Source: Macrostomum lignano | Lineage: Eukaryota | NCBI GenBank assembly: GCA_002269645.1 | Contig: NIVC01002178.1 | Coordinates: 131,422-195,421, forward strand | Direction: 5' to 3' | Length of the DNA: 64,000 nt | Shown here: piece by piece, positions 53,188 through 64,000 of the stretch | Numbering within the stretch: the first letter of the stretch is position 1 | How the letters are laid out: the number at the start of each line of letters is the position of its first letter | The notes under the pieces: generated by a model | Databases searched by the model: none | What the model was told of the DNA's origin: nothing | What the model saw: only the letters and a program-made list of their open reading frames with translations | Position numbers and translations under genes: made by a program

Positions 53188-54372
53188 TCTTGTTGTCACT
53201 CTGATTGTCATTCTGATCGTCACCCTGATTGTCACACGGATTGTTACTCTAGTTGTCACTCTGTCTGATTGTCACTCTGATTGTCACTCCAATTGTCACT
53301 CTGATTGTCACTCTGATTGTCACTCTGTCTGATTGTCACTCTGTCTGATTGTCATTCTGTCTGATTGTCACTCTGTCTGATTGTCACTCTGTCTGATTGT
53401 CACTCTGTCTGATTGTCACTCTGTCTGATTGTCACTCTGTCTGATTGTCACTCTGTCTGATTGTCACTCTGTCTGATTGCCACTCAGTCTGATTGTCATT
53501 CTGATTGTCACTCTGTCTGATTGTCACTCTGTCTGATTGTTACTCTGATTGTCACTCTGTCTGATTGTCACTCTGTCTGATTGTCACTCTGATTGTCACT
53601 CTGTCTGATTGTCACTCTGATTGTCACTCTGTCTGATTGTCACTCTGATTGTCACCTGGTCTCTGATTGTCACTCTGATTGTCACCCAGTCTCTGATTGT
53701 CACTCTAATTGTCACGCTGATTGTCACTCTGTCTGATTGTCACTCTGGTTGTCACTCTGATTGTCACCCGGTCTCTGATTGTCACTCTAATTGTCACGCT
53801 GATTGTCACTCTGTCTGATTGTCACTCTGGTTGTCACTCTATCTGATTGTCACTCTGGTTGTCACTCTGTCTGATTTTCACTCTGGTTGTCACTCTGTCT
53901 GATTGTCACTCTGATTGTCACTCTGATTGTCCCTCTGGTTGTCACTCTGTCTGATTGTCACTCTGGTTGTCACTCTGTCTGATTGTCACTCTGATTGTCA
54001 CTCTGATTGTCCCTCTGGTTGTCACTCTGTCTGATTGTCACTCTGGTTGTCACTCTGTCTGATTGTCACTCTGATTGTCACTCTGATTGTCCCTCTGGTT
54101 GTCACTCTGTCTGATTGTCACTCTGGTTGTCACTCTGTCTGATTGTCACTCTGATTGTCACTCTGATTGTCCCTCTGGTTGTCACTCTGTCTGATTGTCA
54201 CTCTGGTTGTCACTCTGTCTGATTGTCACTCTGATTGTCACTCTGATTGTCCCTCTGGTTGTCACTCTGTCTGATTGTCACTCTGATCGTCACTCTGGCT
54301 GTCACTCTGTCTGAATGTCACTCTGATTGTCACTCTGGCTGTCACTCCGTCTGATTGTCACCATGGCTGTCA
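53188..54372. repeat. 12/16-bp minisatellite (GATTGTCACTCT[GTCT])n at the start of the Six-B intron
   Basis: Direct repeat starting about 15 nt after the donor. Confidence 0.95.
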
Positions 54373-55680
54373 CACTATTCACTATTTATCTGCTCTACCT
54401 TTCAGTCGAACTTCGAAATGAAATTCCCCGTATTCATTCATTTTTATGACCACTTCAACCCGCTTCAATTGTCACTAGGACTTGTCAAGCAGTAATGCAC
54501 CTTGCCAACTTTAACTCTCATTTCTTGCTCAGTTAGCATTGAGCCCATTTAGATGTTAACCCATCGCAGAAAAGTAAGTTTATTGAGCTCCAACTGCTGG
54601 CTAAGAATATTTATTAACGATAAATGTTGACTCTGAGTGCACGCCATTCGAGTAGGGCTATGGGTGACAATCAGAGGGGTTACTAAGAGTGGCCTCCCGC
54701 AGGTCTCACGGTATAATGGCACCCACAGTTAGCAGGCATGGGGGGCTCTAGCGGTCCTGCCCCGTTCACTCACAAACTTATCCTTAGGTGTATTGTTAAA
54801 CATTTGCCAGCAGCAATGCGCTGTCTTCTGGAAGCACAATTAGATGAAGAATAAATGAGAGCAATATTTGCCCACCGCAGAACATGGCACAGGGGGCGGG
54901 CGTGCCAATGGGCTCATATCAGCATGTCATTGTCCCTGCCTCTGCTCTCCATCACTCTTGCCCGCTTTTCGATTCCAGAATAATTAATAAAATAGTAGTT
55001 AAAAAAGTCTTGACAATTCACCCCCAGATTGTCGGAAACTAATTTTTATTAATGAAAAAATCTGCTTGGAGAAGTTTGCCTTCGGAATGAAGACAGCTCT
55101 CATTTTGGCATAGACATAACGTTGACAAGAGGCCAGCTCGGCTGTTTGCTCACTGGCCCGGGGTCCGCGCCATAGACAACAAAAATTATGTAAATTGCTT
55201 GCTTAAATGGCCAATCAATGAATTGAAGAGTTGCCAGGCCGCCAGTTGCCTGTCTGACTGGGCCACTAAGGCACTAACATCTACTTAGGGCTTCCGGCTT
55301 CCCGGCTTTTCTTAGCAAACATCTTCGGCGGGCGCTGGGAACGGAGCGAGCGGGAAGGAGGTCGGGGGGGGGGTCCAGCAGACAAACAAAAACTTTTCAA
55401 AAACCCCAACCGTATTTCTGTCAATCGATTCTGTTCGAAATTCGAATTCTCCTTGTTCGAGCAGTGGGCGTCCCGAACTAGAGGGAAAGCGGCTAAAAAG
55501 AGCATATGCTGTTTAACTAAGAGATATTTGCCCATACGCTCGTAGTTTTGTCATTTTCTCTCTCAGTTCAAGGCATGTCGTTTGAATAGCAATTCCTTTG
55601 TCATTTCTTCCTTATTCTCCTGTCCCATTTAGCCTATAACTGAGGCATAAACTGCAAACAGAATATTGAGAAATAGGAGT

Positions 55681-56818
55681 CAGATCAGAGAGAGCGGAGA
55701 GAGATCAGAGAGAGCGGAGAGAGATCAGAGAGAGCGGAGAGAGCGGAGAGAGATCAGAGAGAGCGGAGAGAGCGGAGAGAGATCAGAGAGAGCGGAGAGA
55801 GATCAGAGAGAGCGGAGAGAGATCAGAGAGAGCGGAGAGAGATCAGAGAGATCAGAGAGAGCGGAGAGAGATCAGAGAGAGCGGAGAGAGATCAGAGAGA
55901 GCGGAGAGAGATCAGAGAGAGCGGAGAGAGCGGAGAGAGATCAGAGAGAGCGGAGAGAGCGGAGAGAGATCAGAGAGAGCGGAGAGAGATCAGAGAGAGC
56001 GGAGAGAGATCAGAGAGATCAGAGAGAGCGGAGAGAGATCAGAGAGAGCGGAGAGAGATCAGAGAGATCAGAGAGAGCGGAGAGAGATCAGAGAGATCAG
56101 AGAGAGCGGAGAGAGATCAGAGAGAGCGGAGAGAGCGGAGAGAGATCAGAGAGAGCGGAGAGAGATCAGAGAGAGCGGAGAGAGATCAGAGAGATCAGAG
56201 AGAGCGGAGAGAGATCAGAGAGAGCGGAGAGAGATCAGAGAGAGCGGAGAGAGATCAGAGAGATCAGAGAGAGCGGAGAGAGATCAGAGAGAGCGGAGAG
56301 AGATCAGAGAGATCAGAGAGAGCGGAGAGAGATCAGAGAGATCAGAGAGAGCGGAGAGAGATCAGAGAGAGCGGAGAGAGCGGAGAGAGATCAGAGAGAG
56401 CGGAGAGAGATCAGAGAGAGCGGAGAGAGATCAGAGAGATCAGAGAGAGCGGAGAGAGATCAGAGAGAGCGGAGAGAGATCAGAGAGAGCGGAGAGAGAT
56501 CAGAGAGAGCGGAGAGAGCGGAGAGAGATCAGAGAGAGCGGAGAGAGCGGAGAGAGATCAGAGAGAGCGGAGAGAGCGGAGAGAGATCAGAGAGAGCGGA
56601 GAGAGATCAGAGAGAGCGGAGAGAGATCAGAGAGATCAGAGAGAGCGGAGAGAGATCAGAGAGAGCGGAGAGAGATCAGAGAGATCAGAGAGAGCGGAGA
56701 GAGATCAGAGAGATCAGAGAGAGCGGAGAGAGATAAGAGAGATCAGAGAGAGTGGAGAGAGATCAGAGAGATCAGAGAGAGCGGATGGAGATCAGAGAGA
56801 GCGGAGAGAGATCAGAGA
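55681..56818. repeat. Purine-rich compound repeat (GAGAGAGCGGAGAGAGATCA)n
   Basis: Direct repeat; source of the 356-aa E/R ORF. Confidence 0.95.
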
Positions 56819-57736
56819 CTGCATTGAGCAGGGAGGATGAGGAGCGCCCAGCCCGATTCCCCAGCGTGCATCAGGAAAACTTGCTCGCCTAAATTTTTAA
56901 TGACGGGTCACGTCATTGCTTGTCAAGATTTTAACTATCGAGCGAGTATTGCCAGAGTTGAGTTAAATAAGCGATTGGAAATAAGCGACTGGATGGGGGC
57001 TGGAGAAAGTGTGTGGCGACACGAGCAGGCTGGCTGAGAGGGGAGGAGCCTGGAAAAGCAGGATGAGGCGGGCGGGCGGGTGGACGCAGGGAAGGCGCGA
57101 GAATTTTTTGAGTCGGAATTTTGCCGAGGCGGTGGCTCTGGGGACAGGATAAGGGGGGGGGGTTAGCAGAGGCCCTTTCTGGGCTCGTGGGCTGACGGAA
57201 ATATGAGACGATTTCGCTCTCTCGCGCGCTCTCTTTATCGAGACTCGCTGAACTGTTCCATCTGGTCAACTGCAGTGTCTCACAGAGCTAGGGACCGGGG
57301 GTGTTGGTGTCAAATTTCTTTCAAGGGAACTGGGAGGGGGTCTGGAGGCGAAGGCCTGCCCGCCTGCCTGCGCGGCGCGGTGCAAGGAGGAAGCCCCGAC
57401 TGTCTGTCTTGTGTTCTGGCTCTGCTAGAGAAGCATGCGTGTGCGATGCGTGTTTCACAGAGAAGTTTTTTCCCTTAACTTGCTCTTTTTTCTCTGCGTT
57501 CTGGCGTGTCTCCTCCTTCTTCTGCAAGCAGAGAGTGGCAAAAACGGTTCCCAAAGACTGTTGGGCTTGGTGCTGTTTTCAGAGCGAAGCATCGCATCAT
57601 GATGAAGTTCTGGATGAGGCGGCCCGGTTTTGATAATGAAAAGAAGAAATTTTTAGTCAGTGCGGGCAGGACAACCGGCGCCAGAAAAATTATTAAAAAC
57701 TGTTTCCAGTGCATAGAATGGCTCTCTGTTTGTATC

Positions 57737-58912
57737 TCTAGTCTCCTATCTCTAGTCTCCTATCTCTAGTCTCCTATCTCTAGTCTCCTATCTCTAGTCT
57801 CCTATCTCTAGTCTCCTATCTCTAGTCTCCTATCTCTAGTCTCCTATCTCTAGTCTCCTATCTCTAGTCTCCTATCTCTAGTCTCCTATCTCTAGTCTCC
57901 TATCTCTAGTCTCCTATCTCTAGTCTCCTATCTCTAGTCTCCTATCTCTAGTCTCCTATCTCTAGTCTCCTATCTCTAGTCTCCTATCTCTAGTCTCCTA
58001 TCTCTAGTCTCCTATCTCTAGTCTCCTAGATCTAATCTCCTATCTCTAGTCTCCTATCTCTAGTCTCCTATCTCTAATCTCCTATCTCTAGTCTCCTATC
58101 TCTAGTCTCCTATCTCTAGTCTCCTATCTCTAGTCTCCTATCTCTAGTCTCCTATCTCTAGTCTCCTATCTCTAGTCTCCTATCTCTAGTCTCCTATCTC
58201 TAGTCTCCTATCTCTAGTCTCCAATCTCTAGTCTCCTATCTCTAGTCTCCTATCTCTAGTCTCCTATCTCTAGTCTCCTATCTCTAGTCTCCTATCTCTA
58301 GTCTCCTATCTCTAGTCTCCTATCTCTAGTCTCCTATCTCTAGTCTCCTATCTCTAGTCTCCTATCTCTAGTCTCCTATCTCTAGTCTCCTATCTCTAGT
58401 CTCCTATCTCTAGTCTCCTATCTCTAGTCTCCTATCTCTAGTCTCCTATCTCTAGTCTCCTAGATCTAATCTCCTATCTCTAGTCTCCTATCTCTAGTCT
58501 CCTATCTCTAATCTCCTATCTCTAGTCTCCTATCTCTAGTCTCCTATCTCTAGTCTCCTATCTCTAGTCTCCTATCTCTAGTCTCCTATCTCTAGTCTCC
58601 TATCTCTAGTCTCCTATCTCTAGTCTCCTATCTCTAGTCTCCTATCGCTAGTCTCCTATCTCTAGTCTCCTATCTCTAGTCTCCTATCTCTAGTCTCCTA
58701 TCTCTAGTCTCCTATCTCTAGTCTCCAATCTCTAGTCTCCTATCTCTAGTCTCCTATCTCTAGTCTCCTATCGCTAGTCTCCTATCTCTAGTCTCCTATC
58801 TCTAGTCTCCTATCTCTAGTATCCTATCTCTAGTCTCCTAGATCTAATCTCCATCTCTAGTCTCCTATCTCTAGTCTCTAGTCCATATCTCTATTCTCTA
58901 GTCTCCTATCCC
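57737..58912. repeat. 14-bp minisatellite (CTCTAGTCTCCTAT)n
   Basis: Highly homogeneous, about 80 copies. Confidence 0.97.
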
Positions 58913-60074
58913 TAGTCTTTAAGAAACGAATGCAAAATCTCAATCAATATTTTCAATTTCGCCACTCAGTGCCCCATAGTGCACCCCAGCCCCTACTAAA
59001 CAGCCAAATTGGATTGTTTTGGCACAAAGATTCCAATTTTTAACTCGATTGCCAGTCTGGGAGCACCAACATACGGTCCGGCCCCCCTCTCTCATCTCTC
59101 CAAGCAATTAGGCTTCTCGAGTGCGCTCCGGCTTTGAGAGTGCTCTTCGCTTCTCAACTCCATTTATTTGCTCTCCGCTCCTCCCGGATGCAGTCGCAGT
59201 GAATGCTGGACTTTTTTGGCAACACGCAGCTCCCCTCGCTGTGAGATCAACAGCAATCCACGGCGCTTGACTTGAGCGCTCATTTAACTCTGGCCCAGAT
59301 TGCTGCATATAATGGCTTCTGAGTTGATTCTTGAGCACCCAGCTCAAACCCCGGGGGCAGTTTGGGAATAATGGGAGAGATGTGGCGGAATCAGTGCAAC
59401 TGTTGCTCAACCACTTTTTTGGAGAGAAGTGTGAAGGGCCACTTCTATTCCCGCTCATTTCTACCCTTTGGCTAGTAACTGGGATTGCGGGTTTTTATTC
59501 CAACTGTGAAAGTCGCTTCATTATTTCGAAGCTCATAGGTCCAAGCTGGGATTCTAAAATGGGAGCCTTACTGGGGAGAATTGATTTTGATGCAAACGTC
59601 TGGCTGACTTTGAGGCACTTGAAAGAAGCAATTGCGCGCTTATGATTTAAATGACAAACTGAAGTTAACAATGCCAACAAAAAGCCCCCCAGTCATTGCG
59701 AGGCCCAGCGCGATGCGTTAAAGGTCTTTGTTTGCCAACAGACTCGGAGAGAGTGGGGGAGCGGCGGCGGCACCCGTTTTTAGGGCTTATGAGATTTGGC
59801 AAGGTAATTATTTAAGTTGCGAGGGCCTGCTCAAAGCTGTTTTGATTTGATGTGCTCAGAACTGGAGGCTCTGCTTTCTCCGTCTCTATTCGTTTGCACA
59901 ACTCGACTCGAACTTCGAAGCGGCAGGCCATAGCTAACCCTTGACCCCTGACGAGCTGTCTTGATTAGCTGCGTTTCACTGTCAATTCTTATCGCACAGG
60001 AATCTGTCCTGGTCTGTTTTTGCAGCTGATTAAAATAAAATCCTTGTTAACGAATTCATATTTTATATTCTCTG

Positions 60075-60557
60075 ACCCCTGATCCCCGATCCCTGATACC
60101 TGATCCCGATCCCTGATCCCTGATTCCCGATCCCTGATCCCCGATCCCTGATCCCTGATCCCCGATCCCTGATCCCTGATTCCCGATCCCTGATCGCCGA
60201 TCCCTGATCCCTGATCCCCGATCCCTGAATCCCTGATTCCCGATCCCTGATCCCCATTCCCTGATCCCATTCCCTGATCCCCATTCCCTGATTCCCGATC
60301 CCTGATCCCCATTCCCTGATCCCCATTCCCTGATCCCATTCCCTAATCCCCATTCCCTAATCCCAATTCCCTGATCCCCATTCCCTGATCCCCATTCCCT
60401 GATCCCCATTCCCTGATCCCATTCCCTGATCCCCATTCCCTGATCCCCATTCCCTGATCCCCATTCCCTGATCCCCATCCCTGATCCCAATTCCCTGATC
60501 CCCATTCCCTGATCCCCATTCCCTGATCCCCATTCCCTAATCCCTGATCGCTGATCC
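60075..60557. repeat. 13/14-bp minisatellite (CCTGATCCCCATT / CCCTGATCCCCGAT)n just before Six-B exon 2
   Basis: Direct repeat. Confidence 0.93.
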
Positions 60558-60620
60558 TTATTCCCGATTCAAATCAAAATCAGACACCTGCAGATACATG
60601 AAAATCTCCCCCCCCTTCAG

Positions 60621-61428
60621 AATCCCCGGCCTGGGCAGCCCAGACGACTCAATCGATCTCAAACTCGAAGATTTGCCCGATCGGCCAAATCCAAAGCCTA
60701 TGCCGGTTCAGAATCCGGACGAACTTCGTCGAGCTCCAACGGTTGGCGCAGCCGCTTCCTCGTCGTCAACATCGTCGGGATCATCGTCAATTTCGTCCAA
60801 TGGAGCAGCAGCGACGGGGGTCCTGCCGGGCGCCAGCAGCTTATGCAGCAGCAGCCGCAGCCGCATCATCCAGTTGCCATGGGCTACCAGCAGATGGCGC
60901 CTTACTTGCAGCAGCAGCAGTCGCAGCATCTCTACCCCATCATGTCCCCGTACTCCGGCCAGCAGACTGTCGAGTCACCGCCGCCACGCTGACCGGGCCA
61001 GCGCGGCCTCCGCCTCGCCCGTTGAAGACCTTCAGCAGCAGCAGTACCCGCAGTACCAGCACCAGACCGCAGTGCACCATCTTCACCATCACCAGCAGCA
61101 TCCGGTTACGCATCATCTAGACGAACACCAATCCTACCAGATGGGTCACAGTCTGCACCAGCAGCACCAGCAGCAGCACCATCATCTGCAGTACTTTCAA
61201 CCGATGGACGACTATGCCCAACATCCTCAGCATCACCATCATCATCATCACCTGTATCCGTTCCATCATCAGCCGCCGCCGCTGCCGCCGCCGTGGCCGC
61301 AGCAGCGGTGCAGCCGGACAAGAAGCTGGCCGAGGCGGACGCCCTGCTGTTCCATCCGGGCTTCTCCGGAGCGACTGCCTACAGTCTCTGAGGCGCCTAC
61401 AGTCTCTGAGGCTGCCTACAGTCTCTGA
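60621..61428 (+). CDS. six1/2: Six1/2 gene B, coding exon 2 (Ser/Gln/His/Ala-rich C-terminus); internal frame uncertain, likely true stop 61389-61391
   Basis: TCTCCCCCCCCTTCAG| acceptor at 60620, with an in-frame alternative CTGCAG| at 60593; both are phase-2 compatible. The assembled frame is open to 61428, but protein-like segments alternate between frames (see findings). Confidence 0.7.
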
Positions 61429-61492
61429 GGCTGCCTACAGTCTCTGAGGCCGCCTACAGTCTCTGAGGCCGCCTACAGTCTCTGAGGCCGCC
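61376..61492. repeat. 19-bp repeat (GCCTACAGTCTCTGAGGCY)x6 overlapping the Six-B stop codon
   Basis: Six copies, the first 18 bp; each contains GCC TAC AGT CTC TGA. Confidence 0.93.
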
Positions 61493-61552
61493 ACAGCGAC
61501 GGCTCATCCCGCAGTGTACACAAAGATAAACAGACAAAATATCAAATTTCTA

Positions 61553-61562
61553 ATTAAATAAA
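61553..61562 (+). terminator. Candidate polyadenylation signal (overlapping ATTAAA/AATAAA) for Six-B
   Basis: AATAAA at 61557-61562, about 170 nt after the stop, followed by AT/GT-rich sequence. Confidence 0.45.
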
Positions 61563-62149
61563 CTAATTAATTAACCAATTTAAATGTAAAAGCTTCACCT
61601 GAGCTCATTATATCGTTTATTAAAATTTTGCCTCCACCCCCACACACTCCGCAATGCACCAACAACAATGCACTGTGAAGTTGCGTCTGCTTGCGCACAA
61701 GGGTTTTTTTCCTCAAATTGGCTATGAAATCTTCTTCTTTGCGTTTTGAAGTTTTGCTTATTTTCTTTTTTAAGTGCACGTTTCTTTGTTGGCTTTCCTT
61801 CCATTAATAATTTGCTATTTTTTTGCTTATATTTGATCTGTGTACAATAGGCCCGAACATTGCTTCTTGGTTACCTCGGTGTAAGGGATTTAATCATAAT
61901 TGAGAAGTTCGCGCAGGAGACTCTCATTGAGCTCACACAATCAGTCAGAAATCACCTTTATCAGTTTGTTCGTTTATGTTGAATATCACAGTGTTTAAAT
62001 ATATGTGAAAACTATTATGTGGCTAAATTTAATTCAAAGTCTCAGAAACTTCCGTTTCTACTGACACTTCTACTTTCAGTAGAGCGTATTGTTTTTTTGC
62101 TATTTGTGGATAACAGTATTAGAGACACTGAGTGACTTTTTTAAGGGTT

Positions 62150-64000
62150 TGAGAGAGTTGGGGAGAGTTGGGGGAGAGTTGGGAAGAGTTGGGGAGAGTT
62201 GGAAAGAGTTGGGGAGAGTTGGGAGCGTTGGGGAGAGTTGGGAAGAGTTGGGAAGAGTCGGGGAGAGTTGGGGAGAGTTGTGGTGAGAGTTGGGGAGAGT
62301 TGGTGAGAGTTGGAAAGAGTTGGGGAGAGTTGGAGAGAGTTGGGAGAGTTGGGGAGAGTTGGGAAGAGTCGGGAGAGTTGGGAGAGTTGGTGAGAGTTGG
62401 GAAGAGTTGGTGAGAGTTGGAAAAAGTTGGGAGATTGGGGAGAGTTGGGGAGAGTTGGGGAGAGTTGGGAGAGTTGGGGAGAGTTGGGGAGAGTTGGAAA
62501 GAGTTGGGAGAGTTGGAGAGAGTCGGGGAGAGTTGGGAAGAGTTGGGAAGAGTTGGGAAAGTTGGGAAGAGTTGGGAAGAGTTGGGGAGAGTTGGGGAGT
62601 TGGGAGAGTTGGAAAGAGTTGGAAGAGTTGGGGAGAGTTGGGAAGAGTCGGGAAGAGTCGGGAGAGTTGGGAAGAGTTGGGAAGAGTCGGGGAGAGTTGG
62701 GGAGAGTTGGAGAGAGTTGGGAGTTGGAAAGTTGGAAAGAGTTGGGGAGAGTTGGGGAGAGTTGTGAGAGTTGGAAAGAGTTGGGAGAGTTGGAGAGAGT
62801 TGGGAGAGTTGGGGAGAGTTGGGAAGAGTCGGGGAGAGTTGGGAGAGTTGGTGAGAGTTGGGAGAGTTGGTGAGAGTTGGAAAGAGTTGGGAGAGTTGGG
62901 GAGAGTTGGGGAGAGTTGGGGAGAGTTGGGGAGAGTTGGAAAGAGTTGGGGAGAGTTGGGAGAGTTGGGAGAGTTGGGAATAGTTGGGGAGAGTTGGAAG
63001 AGTCGGGAAGAGTTGGGAAGATTGGAAGAGTTGGGGAAAGTTGGAAGAGTTGGGATGAGTTGGGAGAGTTGGGGAGAGTTGGGGAGAAGTTGGAATAGTT
63101 GGGGAGTTGGGAAGAGTCGGAAGAGTCGGGGAGAGTTGGGAAGATTGGGAAACTCGGGGAGAGTTGGAGAGAGTTGGAGAGAGTTGGGAAGAGTGGGAAG
63201 AGTTGGAAAGAGTTGGGAGAGTTGGGGAGAGTTGGAAAGAGTTGGAAAAGTTGGAGAGAGTCGGGAGAGTTGGGAAGAGTTGAAGAGTTGGGAAGAGTTG
63301 GGGAAAGTTGGGAAGAGTTGGATGAGTTGGGGAGAGTTGGGGAGATTGGGGAGAGTTGGGAATAGTTGGGGAGAGTTGGAAGAGTCGGGAAGAGTCGGGG
63401 AGAGTTGGGAAGAGTTGGAAGACTCGGGGAGAGTGAGAGAGTTGGAGAGAGTTGGGAAGAGTTGGGAAGAGTTGGAAAGAGTTGGGAGAGTTGGGGAAGT
63501 TGGAAAGAGTTGGAAAGAGTTGGAGAGAGTCGGGGAGAGTTGGGAAGAGTTGGGAAAGTTGGGAGAGTTTGGGAAGAGTTGGAAAGAGTTGGGAAGAGTT
63601 GGGAAGTCGGGAAGAAGAGTCGGGAAGAGTTGGAAGAGTTGGGGAGAGTCGGGAGAGTTGGGGAGTTGGAGAGAGTTGGGAAGAGTTGAGGAGTCGGGAG
63701 AGTTGGAGAAGTTGGGAGATTGGGGAGTTGGAAGAGTTGGAAAGAGTTGGAAAGAGTTGGGGAAGTTGGGAGAGTTGGAAAGAGTTGGAAAAATTGGAGA
63801 GAGTCGGGAGAGTTGGAAGAGTGGAAGAGTGGGGAGAGTTGGGAAGAGTTGGAAAGAGTTGGAAAGAAGTTGGAAAGAGTTGGAAGAGTTGGAAAGAGTT
63901 GAAGAGTTGGGAAGAGTTGGGGAGAGTTGGAAAGAGTTGGAAGAGTTGGGGAGCGTTGGGGAGAGTTGGGAAGTTTGGAAGAGTTGGGGAGAGTTGGAAA
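62150..64000. repeat. G-rich degenerate 9-10 bp repeat (GAGAGTTGGG)n running off the right edge
   Basis: Direct degenerate repeat; the + strand is nearly devoid of C. Confidence 0.95.

Overview
This is eukaryotic (invertebrate animal) genomic DNA, not prokaryotic. The GC-rich codons, poly-Q/H/A tracts and dense short tandem repeats resemble a Macrostomum-like flatworm, which is inference only. The window holds two same-strand tandem Six1/2 (sine oculis class, ETSY homeodomain) paralogues. Six-A has exons at 22835-23505 and 28477-29203; Six-B has exons at 52399-53171 and about 60621-61391/61428. Both have the same phase-2 intron after the homeodomain. Between them is an AT-rich island with two divergent single-exon genes. 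One (minus strand) encodes an orphan Gln/Met/Gly/Cys-rich protein. The other (plus strand) encodes a SILK+RVxF, C-terminally membrane-anchored, consortin-like putative PP1 regulator. The island also carries a cluster of DNA transposons: a foldback/MULE-like element with a 9-bp TSD and a decayed mariner with a nested MITE. About 40% of the window (roughly 25 kb by hand count) is more than 30 different micro/minisatellite arrays, and these explain most long ORFs in the supplied track. Highlights: (1) apparent homeobox-restricted gene conversion between the paralogues; (2) a frame-mosaic Six-B exon 2 followed by a 19-bp repeat that ends all three frames in the same AYSL-stop; (3) paralogous promoter and 5'UTR-intron motifs, including SIX-type sites; (4) the two orphan genes. 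No rRNA, tRNA or CRISPR array was seen.
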